Assembly (NCBI GenBank): GCA_050250895.1
Contig: JBFWNU010000002.1
Location: 631,659 to 695,658, forward strand
DNA from: Vulcanimicrobiota bacterium
GTDB lineage: Bacteria; Vulcanimicrobiota; Xenobia; Xenobiales; JADMJV01
Length of the DNA stretch: 64,000 nt
Direction of reading: 5' to 3'
The position numbers and the translations under genes were made by a program. Under the pieces are notes generated by a model. That model did not search any database, was not told the DNA's origin, and worked only from the letters and a program-made list of their open reading frames with translations. Positions 9,837-19,411 of this stretch are shown here, one piece after another. Within the stretch, counting starts at the first letter, position 1. Each line of letters begins with the position of its first letter.

Positions 9837-11051
9837 ATGCAGTCGAATCGATCAAAGCAACCAGAGACCTGGATAGGCTCCCGGGTGAGCCTCAGGGCCG
9901 AACGCGTAGAGGCGGTGGTCTGGCTCGAAGCCGGGCAGGGGCTGGTGCGAACCATCGATCTGGTGCCGCCCGAGGCCGAGCTTACTTCTTTTTCGGCCAG
10001 CCTGCTGGCGGCCGCGGCGGCAAGCGAGCAGGCGCGTCCGGGCAAGCTGATGGTGGACCGGCCCGAGTTGTTCCAGGCGATCGAGAAGGTGGCCCAAGAG
10101 TTGGGCATCGAGGTCGAACTCGACGCCGGGGTGGGCCACACCGTGCGCGCGTTTCTCGGTCACAGCCAGCTCGACTATAGCTACCTGGGTCACGGTGATG
10201 TCTCGACCGAGCAGGTCGCCGAGTTCTTTCAGTGGGCGGCCGATTACTTCGAGCTAGAGCCGTGGGAGATGCTCGAGGGCGAAGACCAGATCGTGGTCGA
10301 GGGGCTGACCCAGGACCCACTGACCTGCACCTTTCTCTCTCATTTGCAGGTTCATCTCTCGCCCGATCAGGTCTTCTCGTTGCGAGCGGCTTGCCCCGAG
10401 GGAGCCCTCAAACTCGAACTCGCGCGCTATGGCTGGCCAATCCACGCGGCCGGGGCGCCGGTGCTGGTGCGAGAGGATCGGCCCGAACGGCCCAACCCGA
10501 CCGCCGCCGAACTCGAGTTGATGACCACTCTCCTGTCGGCCATGGTCGCCTTCTTGCTGGTCCGAGAAGACGAACTCGAACTGGTCAGCCCAGAGGGCCG
10601 GCAGGTGAGGGTTCGTTGGCACGAGACCAGCGAGTCGACCAACCAGCCCATGAGCGAAGCAGAACTCGACCGGCGCATTCAACACTTCTGGGATGCCGGC
10701 CAACCTCATCAGGCCATCGGCGTGGCCTCGCGAGCTTGCCGAGAAGAGCCGGTGCTCAGCAAGCTCGAACGTCTGGCCGAACTTTACTTTCGGCTGGGGT
10801 TATACGAGCAAGCCCACGAGCTGTGGAGCAACTTTCGCGACGACAGCTCGGCCGATTGGTTGGCTGTGGCCGCCCTGTGCGAGCATCGCCTCGGGCGTGA
10901 ACCGGCATTCTATCGGCGGCTGCATCGCGCGCAGGCCAAAAATCCCGGACTCGGGGGACGCCTGCTCGGCGGTCGCGACGGTTTTAGCCGCCGTTGGAGC
11001 GTGCACTGGCAGCGCTGTCCCGAGGCGCTAGCCCAGCTCGCCAACTCGTAA
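9837..11051 (+). CDS. Hypothetical protein with C-terminal TPR-like helices
   Basis: Long ORF with RBS (AAGGGGG) and helical-repeat C-terminus. Confidence 0.7.
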   Translation: MQSNRSKQPETWIGSRVSLRAERVEAVVWLEAGQGLVRTIDLVPPEAELTSFSASLLAAAAASEQARPGKLMVDRPELFQAIEKVAQELGIEVELDAGVGHTVRAFLGHSQLDYSYLGHGDVSTEQVAEFFQWAADYFELEPWEMLEGEDQIVVEGLTQDPLTCTFLSHLQVHLSPDQVFSLRAACPEGALKLELARYGWPIHAAGAPVLVREDRPERPNPTAAELELMTTLLSAMVAFLLVREDELELVSPEGRQVRVRWHETSESTNQPMSEAELDRRIQHFWDAGQPHQAIGVASRACREEPVLSKLERLAELYFRLGLYEQAHELWSNFRDDSSADWLAVAALCEHRLGREPAFYRRLHRAQAKNPGLGGRLLGGRDGFSRRWSVHWQRCPEALAQLANS

Positions 11052-11099
11052 CAACCTGGTTACAGTCGGCCAGCCCCGGTGCAGTAGAGTGGCCAGGCA

Positions 11100-12569
11100 A
11101 TGCAAAGTCTCACCATCAACCGTCCCCGGTTGGAGTATCCCCGTCCCGGCCAACCCCAGGCCCGCAACGGCCGTCCCGTGCTGTTGTTGCACGGCACTCT
11201 GGTGGGCGAAGAGGGTATCGAGGCCTACAAGGACTATGCCCTCGAACGTGGCTTTGCGGTCGACAACCACACCCATGAAGGCGTTCGGGACGGGCATCCC
11301 ATCGAAGAATCCGCCCAGCAAGTCTCGCGCGAGGTCAACTTCGCCAGACTCGAGATTGCTCGCCAGAACCTCGGCCAGTTGCTGGGCTGCGACCGCCAGG
11401 GTCTAAAAGACTTTTTTAAACTCAACCACAACCTCTATCAAAGCCACGACGACTCGGCCGAGGTGGTGCTCGACCTGCTCCCCACCGTGCTGCGCCGTTT
11501 CGAGATGCTGGTGAGCCAGCCTGAAGACAAGCTGGCCGATAGCTTCAGCGGCAAGCTCGAGCGCCTCGAGGGGGAACTTGCCCATCAGCTCGAGAGCTAT
11601 GGCGCCGGCGAACCCGAGCGTTGCGCCAGGATGGCCGCCGAGATTGTCGACAGCGTCGCGCCCAAGGCCGTGCTGGTGGGCCACTCGGCCGGGGGCTTCG
11701 TGGGTTATACCCTGGCCCTGAATCCAGAGACCAGACCCGACAACGATCCCTTTACCTATGACGGTGGGAACGGGGTGGGCGAAGTGGTAGTGCTATCGTC
11801 GCCCATCGGCAAGGGAATGTCGGTGCCGGCCCCGCCCGGGGTGGCCGAGATGCCGTTCTACCTGGTCGATAGCGCCGTCTTGCGACCGGTCGAAGAGTTG
11901 CCGGTCTCGCAGTTGATGCGTTTGAACCCGCTGGTCGACCTGGCCTATAGCGGCACCAAAGAGCTGGCTCGCCTCTCGTTCAATTTGGCCACTCTGGCTT
12001 CGGTAGGCCTGACCAGCCCACTCACCTATGCGGTGCGCCCCGGCTACGAGCAGGTGATGGCCAACTCTGACTTCTTCAAGAACTACGTCGAGGGTAAGCC
12101 CATCCCCGACGGGGTCACCGTGCTGGCCGTCACCAGCCCGCTCGATCGGATGAGTCTCGAAGCTCGCTCGCAGGTCGACCAGCGCCAGGCCAACGCCCAC
12201 AATCTGTCGGTCGACATGCAGCTCGATCCAGAGCAAATTCAGCGCGAGCGCCCCACCTGGACCCACGTCAAAATGACCGAGATGCCCGAGACTTTCCGGC
12301 AGCAATTTGCGGCCCGCCTGCTCGAGCAACCCGATGAGACGGCCAGGTTGCTCGATGCCAGCAATAATGACGGAGTACGCTACGATACTCTGGTGCTGCT
12401 CGAGCAGCAACTCGAGGGCATCTCTGACTGGGCTCGGCAGGAGCGCTTCGCGGGCCTCAAAGAGGCCCTGCAGAAGGTGGCCGACGAGCGTCTGCCCTTT
12501 GAGGACTCGCCGTCGTTTGTGGCCTATCGCGTGCTGCGCTCGAGTAATCCGTCGAAGTCTACGTCGTAA
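11100..12569 (+). CDS. Alpha/beta hydrolase (lipase-like) with large helical insertion
   Basis: PVLLLHG, VLVGHSAGG, SSP.G, D and H near the C-terminus. Confidence 0.75.
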   Translation: MQSLTINRPRLEYPRPGQPQARNGRPVLLLHGTLVGEEGIEAYKDYALERGFAVDNHTHEGVRDGHPIEESAQQVSREVNFARLEIARQNLGQLLGCDRQGLKDFFKLNHNLYQSHDDSAEVVLDLLPTVLRRFEMLVSQPEDKLADSFSGKLERLEGELAHQLESYGAGEPERCARMAAEIVDSVAPKAVLVGHSAGGFVGYTLALNPETRPDNDPFTYDGGNGVGEVVVLSSPIGKGMSVPAPPGVAEMPFYLVDSAVLRPVEELPVSQLMRLNPLVDLAYSGTKELARLSFNLATLASVGLTSPLTYAVRPGYEQVMANSDFFKNYVEGKPIPDGVTVLAVTSPLDRMSLEARSQVDQRQANAHNLSVDMQLDPEQIQRERPTWTHVKMTEMPETFRQQFAARLLEQPDETARLLDASNNDGVRYDTLVLLEQQLEGISDWARQERFAGLKEALQKVADERLPFEDSPSFVAYRVLRSSNPSKSTS

Positions 12570-13171
12570 AACAGGTGGTCACCGTGGCCCGAAAAGGCCA
12601 TGTGCACCCCATAGTCAAGCCGCCGCAAGATGCCCCGAACCCTGGCGATCGACTCCAGTTTGTGCTCGATCGACACAAAGGCGTTGCAGTCGCGCAGGTC
12701 GCCCAACACCCAATCCCCGGCGATCACCGCCCCTCGAAAAAAGACCAGGTGGTCGGTATAGGAGTGCTTAGGAGCATAGATAACGTGCAGCGGCTCACCC
12801 CCCAGGTGGCTCGACCAGAGCCCTTCGTCGAAAACCTCGTCGAGATAGTCCGGCGGACCGAACCAGCGCTGCATCGAGGGAGAGTGTGCGACCGAGCGGT
12901 GGGCTACGAAGGTGGCCCGAGGAAAGGCCCGACGAAAGTGCAGCAGGCTGGCGCAATGATCGTAGTGGGCGTGGGTGATCAGGGCGTACTTGACCTGCAG
13001 CTTCTGGCGCCGGGTGAAAGACTCTACCCGCACGTGTGGGGGCCGCTCTCGAGCCAGATAGGGAGGCATCTCGACCACCGCTGCCTGGCCGTTGGCGCTG
13101 AGCAGCCAGCAGCCGTTCTTGTAGGGACCATAGCGCTTGAGCAGTGTGATGCCCGGGGCTAAGTGTTTCAC
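12524..13171 (-). CDS. MBL-fold metallo-hydrolase
   Basis: THAHYDH, H, GD and GHG motifs. GTG start overlaps the upstream TGA. Confidence 0.85.
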   Translation of the reverse strand: MKHLAPGITLLKRYGPYKNGCWLLSANGQAAVVEMPPYLARERPPHVRVESFTRRQKLQVKYALITHAHYDHCASLLHFRRAFPRATFVAHRSVAHSPSMQRWFGPPDYLDEVFDEGLWSSHLGGEPLHVIYAPKHSYTDHLVFFRGAVIAGDWVLGDLRDCNAFVSIEHKLESIARVRGILRRLDYGVHMAFSGHGDHLFYDVDFDGLLERSTR

Positions 13172-13779
13172 CTGAGCTTGTAGTCGACCAACTCGGTCGT
13201 CGTCGCCATGGCTCCGGTGGTGGTGATCTTCACGGCTCCGATGTGGTTGACGTACCACTGGGTCATGTCGTACTCGTTGCCGCCTTGATTGGCGTGGGTC
13301 TCGACCACCATGGCATCGAACTCGCCGGCCGGCACTTTGACCTTCTCGGCGCGGGTAACCTTGCTCGACTCGATGATGTCATAGCCGCCGGCCTTGCCTT
13401 TGTATTCCCAGGTCTGACCCACTTTGAGCGGGTTCATCAGCTCTTTCTTGGGGCCGGCGTATTCCATGGTGTAATTGTTGGTGGCCATCACCGTCTTGTG
13501 GAGCAGCACCCAGCCGTTGCCTTTGGTGTAATCCATGTGGGTCACGTCGGGAGTCATGGCATCCACCTGCACGGCATAGGTGCCGTCCGCTTGCTTTTTC
13601 ACGTCGACGACCTTGCGGGTCATGTCCATCTCGGTGTTCATCGAGGTGGTGGTGTGGTATTGCCAGGTGGCGCCCATCGGCACCGGAAAGTAGTCGGGCG
13701 GGGGCGTCTTGGGCTGGGCCATCAGGGCGCCCGAGGCGACCCCGGCCAGCACGAAGACAGAAAGGATTCGCTTGTTCAT
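13168..13779 (-). CDS. Secreted beta-rich hypothetical protein
   Basis: Signal peptide MNKRILSVFVLAGVASGALMA, YFP...W.Y, VKVPAGEF, WY...GAVK. Confidence 0.8.
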   Translation of the reverse strand: MNKRILSVFVLAGVASGALMAQPKTPPPDYFPVPMGATWQYHTTTSMNTEMDMTRKVVDVKKQADGTYAVQVDAMTPDVTHMDYTKGNGWVLLHKTVMATNNYTMEYAGPKKELMNPLKVGQTWEYKGKAGGYDIIESSKVTRAEKVKVPAGEFDAMVVETHANQGGNEYDMTQWYVNHIGAVKITTTGAMATTTELVDYKLR

Positions 13780-13942
13780 GGGCCGCTCGTTCGCGGCTCT
13801 AGCAGGCTCTTCCTTGCAGCCTGATCCTGTTGGACCTCGATCTGCCGCGCCAAACGGTTTTGAAGGCTGGCCGAGATCTCTGTTTCGACATTGCCCGGCT
13901 GGCCAGCTAAGGCTCGGGAGGGGGAGCGTCGAAAGCTCGGGC

Positions 13943-14482
13943 GTGAGCAACTTTGTGCTGATGATCGAGGCCGAGCCGGCCAGGTTAGACTTTCTGGCGA
14001 TGCACCCCCAGCAAGTGGGCGCCTGGAGCAGGTTCGAGCCGGCTGGTCCCCTCGACCCGCTGCAGCTTCGCTATCAGGCCATAGCCGCCGCCTGCTGCTA
14101 CCCGCCCCGGGTGGCCCTTGGCCCGGCCACCCTCGTGACCACCGCCGCGCTGGCCAGCCGGCGTCTGGGCTGTCGAGCCGTGGCCTGGTGGCAGGCGCAT
14201 GACTTTAGCGGGGGCGCTCTGCTCGACTCGGGCAAGGTGCTGGTCAGTCATCACGATTGGCCCGTCCATCGCGACCTTTCTGGCCGGCTGGAAGAATGCT
14301 TTTCGGTGTCGGGTCCACCTCTGCCGGTGGGCAAGTTCTGCGGTGACTACAAAGCCCGCGAAGAAGGGCGGGCCACTTATAGCTATCGCCCGGGAGAAGC
14401 CGATAGCATCGAACTGAGCGCCAGCGATGACCCGATCGATTTCAAGCTGGAGTATTTCTTGGCGGCGGCAGCGCTCGGTTAA
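13943..14482 (+). CDS. Hypothetical protein
   Basis: ORF with a GTG start after GGGGAG. No recognisable motif. Confidence 0.5.
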   Translation: MSNFVLMIEAEPARLDFLAMHPQQVGAWSRFEPAGPLDPLQLRYQAIAAACCYPPRVALGPATLVTTAALASRRLGCRAVAWWQAHDFSGGALLDSGKVLVSHHDWPVHRDLSGRLEECFSVSGPPLPVGKFCGDYKAREEGRATYSYRPGEADSIELSASDDPIDFKLEYFLAAAALG

Positions 14483-14488
14483 CAAGAG

Positions 14489-14523
14489 GTCACACTTTGT
14501 TAACCCGGGTAACAAAAAGTCAA
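14489..14523. promoter_or_regulatory. Tandem GTnAC/GTTAA boxes with 10-bp period (putative regulator site)
   Basis: GTCAC-N5-GTTAA-N5-GTAAC-N5-GTCAA in an AT-rich intergenic region. Confidence 0.4.
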
Positions 14524-14567
14524 TTTCAAAAGACCCTCAGAACCGCTCGAATCTCCTATGATTGGGG

Positions 14568-14641
14568 CACAACAAAATAACCCAAGTCACCAGGTCCAAC
14601 CTCTCTCCGCGTGCTAACCTAAACCTGGTGGCTTTTTTTTT
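14568..14641 (+). ncRNA. Candidate small RNA with intrinsic terminator
   Basis: TATGAT at 14557-14562. 12-bp stem 14584-14595/14623-14634 with a 27-nt C/U-rich loop, then a T run. Lies between convergent genes. Confidence 0.45.
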
Positions 14642-16298
14642 ATCCCACCGGAGTGGTCTTGCGGGGGGATTGGGGCACGGCTCGCAGCCGTTCACCACTG
14701 GCGTAAAGCGGTCGATAGGCCTCGCTGACCTCGCCCATCTCGGCCTTGACTCGCAGGCGCCACTCTCGCGAGGGGCCATAGTCGGCGTCAAGCTCCAGGG
14801 CCCGGTCAAACCAGTGCAGCGCCTCTTCGAGTTCGCGCATGTAGTAATAGCAGAGTCCCACGTTGTGGACGGTCATCTTGTGATAGCCGAACATGTCCAG
14901 CGATACCCGGTAGAACTTGACCGCATCCAGATAGTGGTCGAGGCGATAGAAAATGCGCGCAATCTCGAAGGGCACGTCGATTTCGTCACCGATCGAGTAA
15001 AAGTTGTCCCACACCCGTAGCAGAGCGATGCGCACCTCACGCTGGACGTCGGGGTCGGCGTGTTCGACCCGTTCTAACAGCGCTTCGCTAAAGTCGTAGA
15101 GGGTCTGCGGATCCCAGCGGCTCAAGCGCAGCAGGTCGATGGCCAGGCGTAAAGAGGGCTCTTTGATCTCGCTTTGAAGGCACTCTTTGACACTGAAGAA
15201 GTCGATCGGCCCGAAGTCTTCGATCGCTTTCTCGAAGGCTAGCCCGCTCTCGGGAAAGTCTTCTAGCCCGGGCTCGAGCACGAAGGCCGAGGCTTCGAGC
15301 ACCGCGTCGCGCAGGGTCGAGTGCAGGGCCAGGCCCCCCAGTTTGTTCAGATAGACATCGAGGGCGTGGAAGTTCACCGTCATCGAGAAACCTCCGCCGT
15401 GCAGCACCGGATCGGGATCGTCGAGTCCGACCAGGTCGGCGATGCGGCTCCAGGCTTTGTCAGCTGTCAAGAACAACAAACGGCCGCCGGCCACCCGGCC
15501 CAGATTGGCCAGGCAGTTAAGGGGGCCCACCGGAAAACTAAAAGCGGTGTCGCCCAGCCTGTCTCGATACTCCTCGAGAATGGCGTTCCAGGTTTCGTCT
15601 TCATAGTAGTCGGGGTCGACCTCATGGTAGTCGTATTTGACCCTGATCTTCTTGAGCAGCTTGGGGTCGTCCATATCGATGTCGGCCGGCGCCACCAGTC
15701 GGGGAAGGCACTCCTTGAGTTCGCCGCTCTCGACTCGAAACGCATCCTGCGAGAGACTGTCGAGTAGATAGTTGGCCACGAAGATCATCGGGTTCTTCAA
15801 CTCGCCGGCGCGCAGGGTGGTGCCTGAGTACTGCAGTTCGAGCATCTCGTCTTGCTCGGCGTTAAAGCAGGCGAAGTCGAGCCGACCCGCCTCCAGATAC
15901 GTCTCGAAGCGCGGATGGGAGCGATAGAAGTCTAGATTGCGCTGGGAAAGGTCGGCCAGCACCAGGCAGATCTTGAGGTTGCGCAGCGGGTGGGCTTGAG
16001 CCAGCTCTGCGAGGGCCCGCAGCAACAGAAAGCCGTGGCGGCCCGAGCCCGAGCCGAGTTCCACCATGTACACCGGCGCCTCGAAGTCGAGCAGCTCGGC
16101 CTGGGCCAGATCGCGCAGATAACCGACGGCCACATCGGCCCAGGCGGCTGCCAGGCGAGGAGTGTTAGTGATATAAAAAGGAATCGAGCCGCTATTCCAG
16201 GCGGTCAATCCACTGCGGTCGTAGTAGTCGCGCAGGATCGACCAGAGCATCGATTCCGAGAGTCTCTTGCCCTCTTCGAGGATATTTTCTTCTGACAC
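14640..16298 (-). CDS. SAM-dependent methyltransferase (MidA/NDUFAF7-like) with C-terminal TPRs
   Basis: VELGSGSG motif I, ANYLLDSL, TPR-like C-terminus. Confidence 0.8.
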   Translation of the reverse strand: MSEENILEEGKRLSESMLWSILRDYYDRSGLTAWNSGSIPFYITNTPRLAAAWADVAVGYLRDLAQAELLDFEAPVYMVELGSGSGRHGFLLLRALAELAQAHPLRNLKICLVLADLSQRNLDFYRSHPRFETYLEAGRLDFACFNAEQDEMLELQYSGTTLRAGELKNPMIFVANYLLDSLSQDAFRVESGELKECLPRLVAPADIDMDDPKLLKKIRVKYDYHEVDPDYYEDETWNAILEEYRDRLGDTAFSFPVGPLNCLANLGRVAGGRLLFLTADKAWSRIADLVGLDDPDPVLHGGGFSMTVNFHALDVYLNKLGGLALHSTLRDAVLEASAFVLEPGLEDFPESGLAFEKAIEDFGPIDFFSVKECLQSEIKEPSLRLAIDLLRLSRWDPQTLYDFSEALLERVEHADPDVQREVRIALLRVWDNFYSIGDEIDVPFEIARIFYRLDHYLDAVKFYRVSLDMFGYHKMTVHNVGLCYYYMRELEEALHWFDRALELDADYGPSREWRLRVKAEMGEVSEAYRPLYASGERLRAVPQSPRKTTPVG

Positions 16299-16379
16299 GG
16301 CCCTGGGCTTTCCATACTCGTCGGGCGAAACCTGCGCAATTTCAGGGTTCTTTCAAACGCTTGAAATAATCTGAGCTTA

Positions 16380-17984
16380 ATGAGCCAGACTGCCCAAACG
16401 CTGTGCGCGCCGACCGGAGCCCCGGTCTATCTAGACGAGTTGCTGGCTCGTCTGGTGGCCCGCACCCAGGCCGGTGACTCGCTCGAGGCCCGCGAGGCCT
16501 TTCGCGACACGGTCGGCTTTCTGACCCGCTATTTCGGCACCGTGGCGGCGGCCGCTCGGGGCGGGCTCGATACGGCCGTGCTGCGCCAGTGGCTCTCGGG
16601 CAAGACCACCATCGATTTTCGCGACGAGATTCTGGCTGCGATCGATTCGCTGGCCGTGCCCGACCAACCAGTCTACGCGGGCCTGCGCCTGGTCTTTCTG
16701 CCCCAGGAGTGGGGCGAGACCTATGCCCACACTCAGTGGATGCGCGGCCGCTGGTTGTTGCCCTCCGACCCTGGCTGGATCGAGCCTGCGCTCGAAATGC
16801 TGGCCATCTGGCTCGAAGCCAGCCGGCCCTTTTTCGAACACTGCCAGCATCGCTACGAAACTCTGGGTAGCAAGGTCGAGCTGGCCACCGAGTACCAGGG
16901 AGAATGGGTTCGCACCGGCTTTCCCATGCGGGGACGCGACCTCATGCGGGCTCCCTGGCGCCTGGATGGAGCCGACGCCACCTATCGCCCGCGGCTGGTG
17001 GTGCCCATCGACACCAGTGGCCTGTCCGAGCTGGTCGCCGAGCTGGCCTCGCGCCAGGAACAGCCGGCCACACTGGCTCCCGAGGCCCAGCCGGAGCCGG
17101 CTGAGCTCACCTTTCAAGTCATCGACCCGCGCATCGCCACCAACAAGTTCGGCGCTCCCTGCTATCGGGGCACTCTCAAGATCGTAGAGACACTGGCCCG
17201 GGATGTCTCGGTTCGGCTGATCTCGGGCCATCTGGGCCTGCGCTTCGAGCGTAACAGTTTTCAGGGGCCGCTGGGCCTGATCAACTATAGCCTTGACCCG
17301 GGCTTTGACGAAGACGAACTCGAGCAGCTCGAACTGGTGGCCATGGTAGGCCAGCAGAGTTTTCGCCTGCCCATGGCTCGCCTGCTGCCGCCGACGCCCA
17401 TGTCCGAACTGAGCCCCTCGAAGGCCAGTCTGGCTGTGCTGGCCCCTGGTTTGCTGGCTCTCATGTATCTGCTGGTTTTGCATACGGTTACGGTTCTTCG
17501 AATCGAGCATCTGTTAGGGCCGGAAGTGCTAGCCCAAACGGGTCGTCTGACCACCGGAGCCGAACTCACCATGGTCGAACTCAAGGCTTTGCCGGCCGCC
17601 CAGGTCTGCACGTTCCTTTTCTTCCTGGCTGCGGTCATGGCGCCCTTATTGTCGACCAAGATCTTCGCCCGCGTTCCCGAGCGTCTGAGGTCCCGAGTCG
17701 GCATCCTCTATCCGGTGGCCATGTTGCTGCCCACCGCCGGCTTGCTGGCGATGCGTAGTCTGGGCTTGATGGTCACCGAGTTGACCACCCATCCCGAGTT
17801 TCACGGCCTGGATTTCGCCTGGCTGCTGCCCTGGTTCGCCAGCTTCAATCTGGTCGCCGGCGCCTATCTGTTCTGCTCGCAGGAGAAGCTGCTCGACCGC
17901 TGGCTCAGTCCCGAGGTGCGGGTCCTGGCCCCCCTCGGTCTGATGGGTCTATTCTTGCTCTGGATTGGAACTCTGGCCTTCTAG
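16380..17984 (+). CDS. Hypothetical protein with C-terminal membrane domain
   Basis: Long ORF with about 5 hydrophobic segments at the C-terminus. Confidence 0.7.
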   Translation: MSQTAQTLCAPTGAPVYLDELLARLVARTQAGDSLEAREAFRDTVGFLTRYFGTVAAAARGGLDTAVLRQWLSGKTTIDFRDEILAAIDSLAVPDQPVYAGLRLVFLPQEWGETYAHTQWMRGRWLLPSDPGWIEPALEMLAIWLEASRPFFEHCQHRYETLGSKVELATEYQGEWVRTGFPMRGRDLMRAPWRLDGADATYRPRLVVPIDTSGLSELVAELASRQEQPATLAPEAQPEPAELTFQVIDPRIATNKFGAPCYRGTLKIVETLARDVSVRLISGHLGLRFERNSFQGPLGLINYSLDPGFDEDELEQLELVAMVGQQSFRLPMARLLPPTPMSELSPSKASLAVLAPGLLALMYLLVLHTVTVLRIEHLLGPEVLAQTGRLTTGAELTMVELKALPAAQVCTFLFFLAAVMAPLLSTKIFARVPERLRSRVGILYPVAMLLPTAGLLAMRSLGLMVTELTTHPEFHGLDFAWLLPWFASFNLVAGAYLFCSQEKLLDRWLSPEVRVLAPLGLMGLFLLWIGTLAF

Positions 17985-17987
17985 ACA

Positions 17988-18950
17988 ATGCGAGAACTCT
18001 CGCTCGAGGACCTGAGCCGAGAGCATGCTCGGTTCGACCAGGCGGCTCTGGCTACTCCCGAAATCGATGCCTTCTGCTCATCGACGGCCTGGATCTTGCC
18101 CGCCGATCGGGCCTTCTCGCCCGGTCGCGATCCCTTTCTGTTCGAGACCGACGCCGGCTACATCGCCTTCATGCGCTCACGCGACCCGCGGGGTTGGGAT
18201 GTGCTCAACCCTTTGGAGTCATCCTGGCTGCTGGCCACGCCGCTGGTCGGCGGCGACCCTCAGGCCTTGTTCGCCCGCTTTGCGCGAATCGTGCCCCAGG
18301 CGGTGACCATGGTCTGTCTGTCGGGCGTGGCCCCCGACGGCATCCTGGCTAAAGCCCTGCAGGAGCAGAACCGCTTTTCGATCCACCCCGGCCCGCCCAC
18401 GGTTCGCCACCTTTTCTCGCTCGAAGACGGTCTGGAAGGCTTCTTGGCACGGCGCTCAGCCCAGTTTCGGTCGCGCTTGCGACGAGCCCGAAAACGGTTC
18501 GCGCGAGAAGGCTTCGATTGGGAATCGTTTGATCCGTCTCTGACCCCCGCCGCCCTCTACGAGCGCATCATCGCCATCGAACGCACCAGCTGGAAGGGTC
18601 TGCGCCGGGTGGGCATCGACAGCGGAGACATGAATCGCTTCTATCGCCTGATGGTTGCGCGACTCATGGCCGACAATCACTTGCGGCTGCTGTTTCTCAC
18701 TCGCGAGGGAGAGGATGTCGCTTATATTCTCGGCGGCGTGCTCGGCGCGACCTTTCGGGGGCTGCAGTTCAGCTTTCGCCATGACCTCGAGGACTACAGC
18801 CTGGGCAACGTCAGCCAGAGCCTGATGGTCGAGCAGCTGTGCCAGGAGGGCCTCCGCTATTATGACCTCGGCACCGATATCGCCTATAAGCGGCGCTGGG
18901 CCGACTATCAGCAGGTGACGCTGACCTATCTTCTGGTCACAAATCGTTAA
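17988..18950 (+). CDS. GNAT acetyltransferase (CelD/BcsL-like)
   Basis: RS..FR..LRRA..R, SWKG, YSLG, YDLG...YKRRW. Confidence 0.85.
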   Translation: MRELSLEDLSREHARFDQAALATPEIDAFCSSTAWILPADRAFSPGRDPFLFETDAGYIAFMRSRDPRGWDVLNPLESSWLLATPLVGGDPQALFARFARIVPQAVTMVCLSGVAPDGILAKALQEQNRFSIHPGPPTVRHLFSLEDGLEGFLARRSAQFRSRLRRARKRFAREGFDWESFDPSLTPAALYERIIAIERTSWKGLRRVGIDSGDMNRFYRLMVARLMADNHLRLLFLTREGEDVAYILGGVLGATFRGLQFSFRHDLEDYSLGNVSQSLMVEQLCQEGLRYYDLGTDIAYKRRWADYQQVTLTYLLVTNR

Positions 18951-19031
18951 AATCTTGTTTACGTAAGGTTAACAAAAATCGCCTAGATGGTCCGTTCCTG
19001 CGCGGGATACTCAACTTGGAGGAACTGTGCC

Positions 19032-19370
19032 GTGACCAATGCTCTCAATCGCCGCTCCAGTCCACGCCTCGACCGAGTGGTTCCCGTTCACTATCGCTCC
19101 AATACCAACTCTCTAGCCTACACCCGCAGCTTTGCCCTCGACCTTTCGGCCGATGGTGCCCGCATTGTCACCCACGAAGACGAAGACCCGGGCATCTGTT
19201 TCAAGATGACCCTCACCCTGGGAGACGGCCAGACCCTGACCGTCGAGGGAGAACGCGTCTGGGAACGTCCTATTGACAACGGCCGATGCAAACTCGTAGG
19301 CGTAGCCTTCCTCTCCACGGGCCTGGGTGGGCACACCGCTCTTTCCCGGTGGATTACGGCCAATTCTTAG
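19032..19370 (+). CDS. PilZ domain protein
   Basis: RRSSPR (RxxxR) and DLSADG (DxSxxG) c-di-GMP motifs. Confidence 0.85.
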   Translation: MTNALNRRSSPRLDRVVPVHYRSNTNSLAYTRSFALDLSADGARIVTHEDEDPGICFKMTLTLGDGQTLTVEGERVWERPIDNGRCKLVGVAFLSTGLGGHTALSRWITANS

Positions 19371-19411
19371 GGTTCGCAGGTTCTTGAGGCCCCGGTAAGG
19401 AACCGGGGCCT

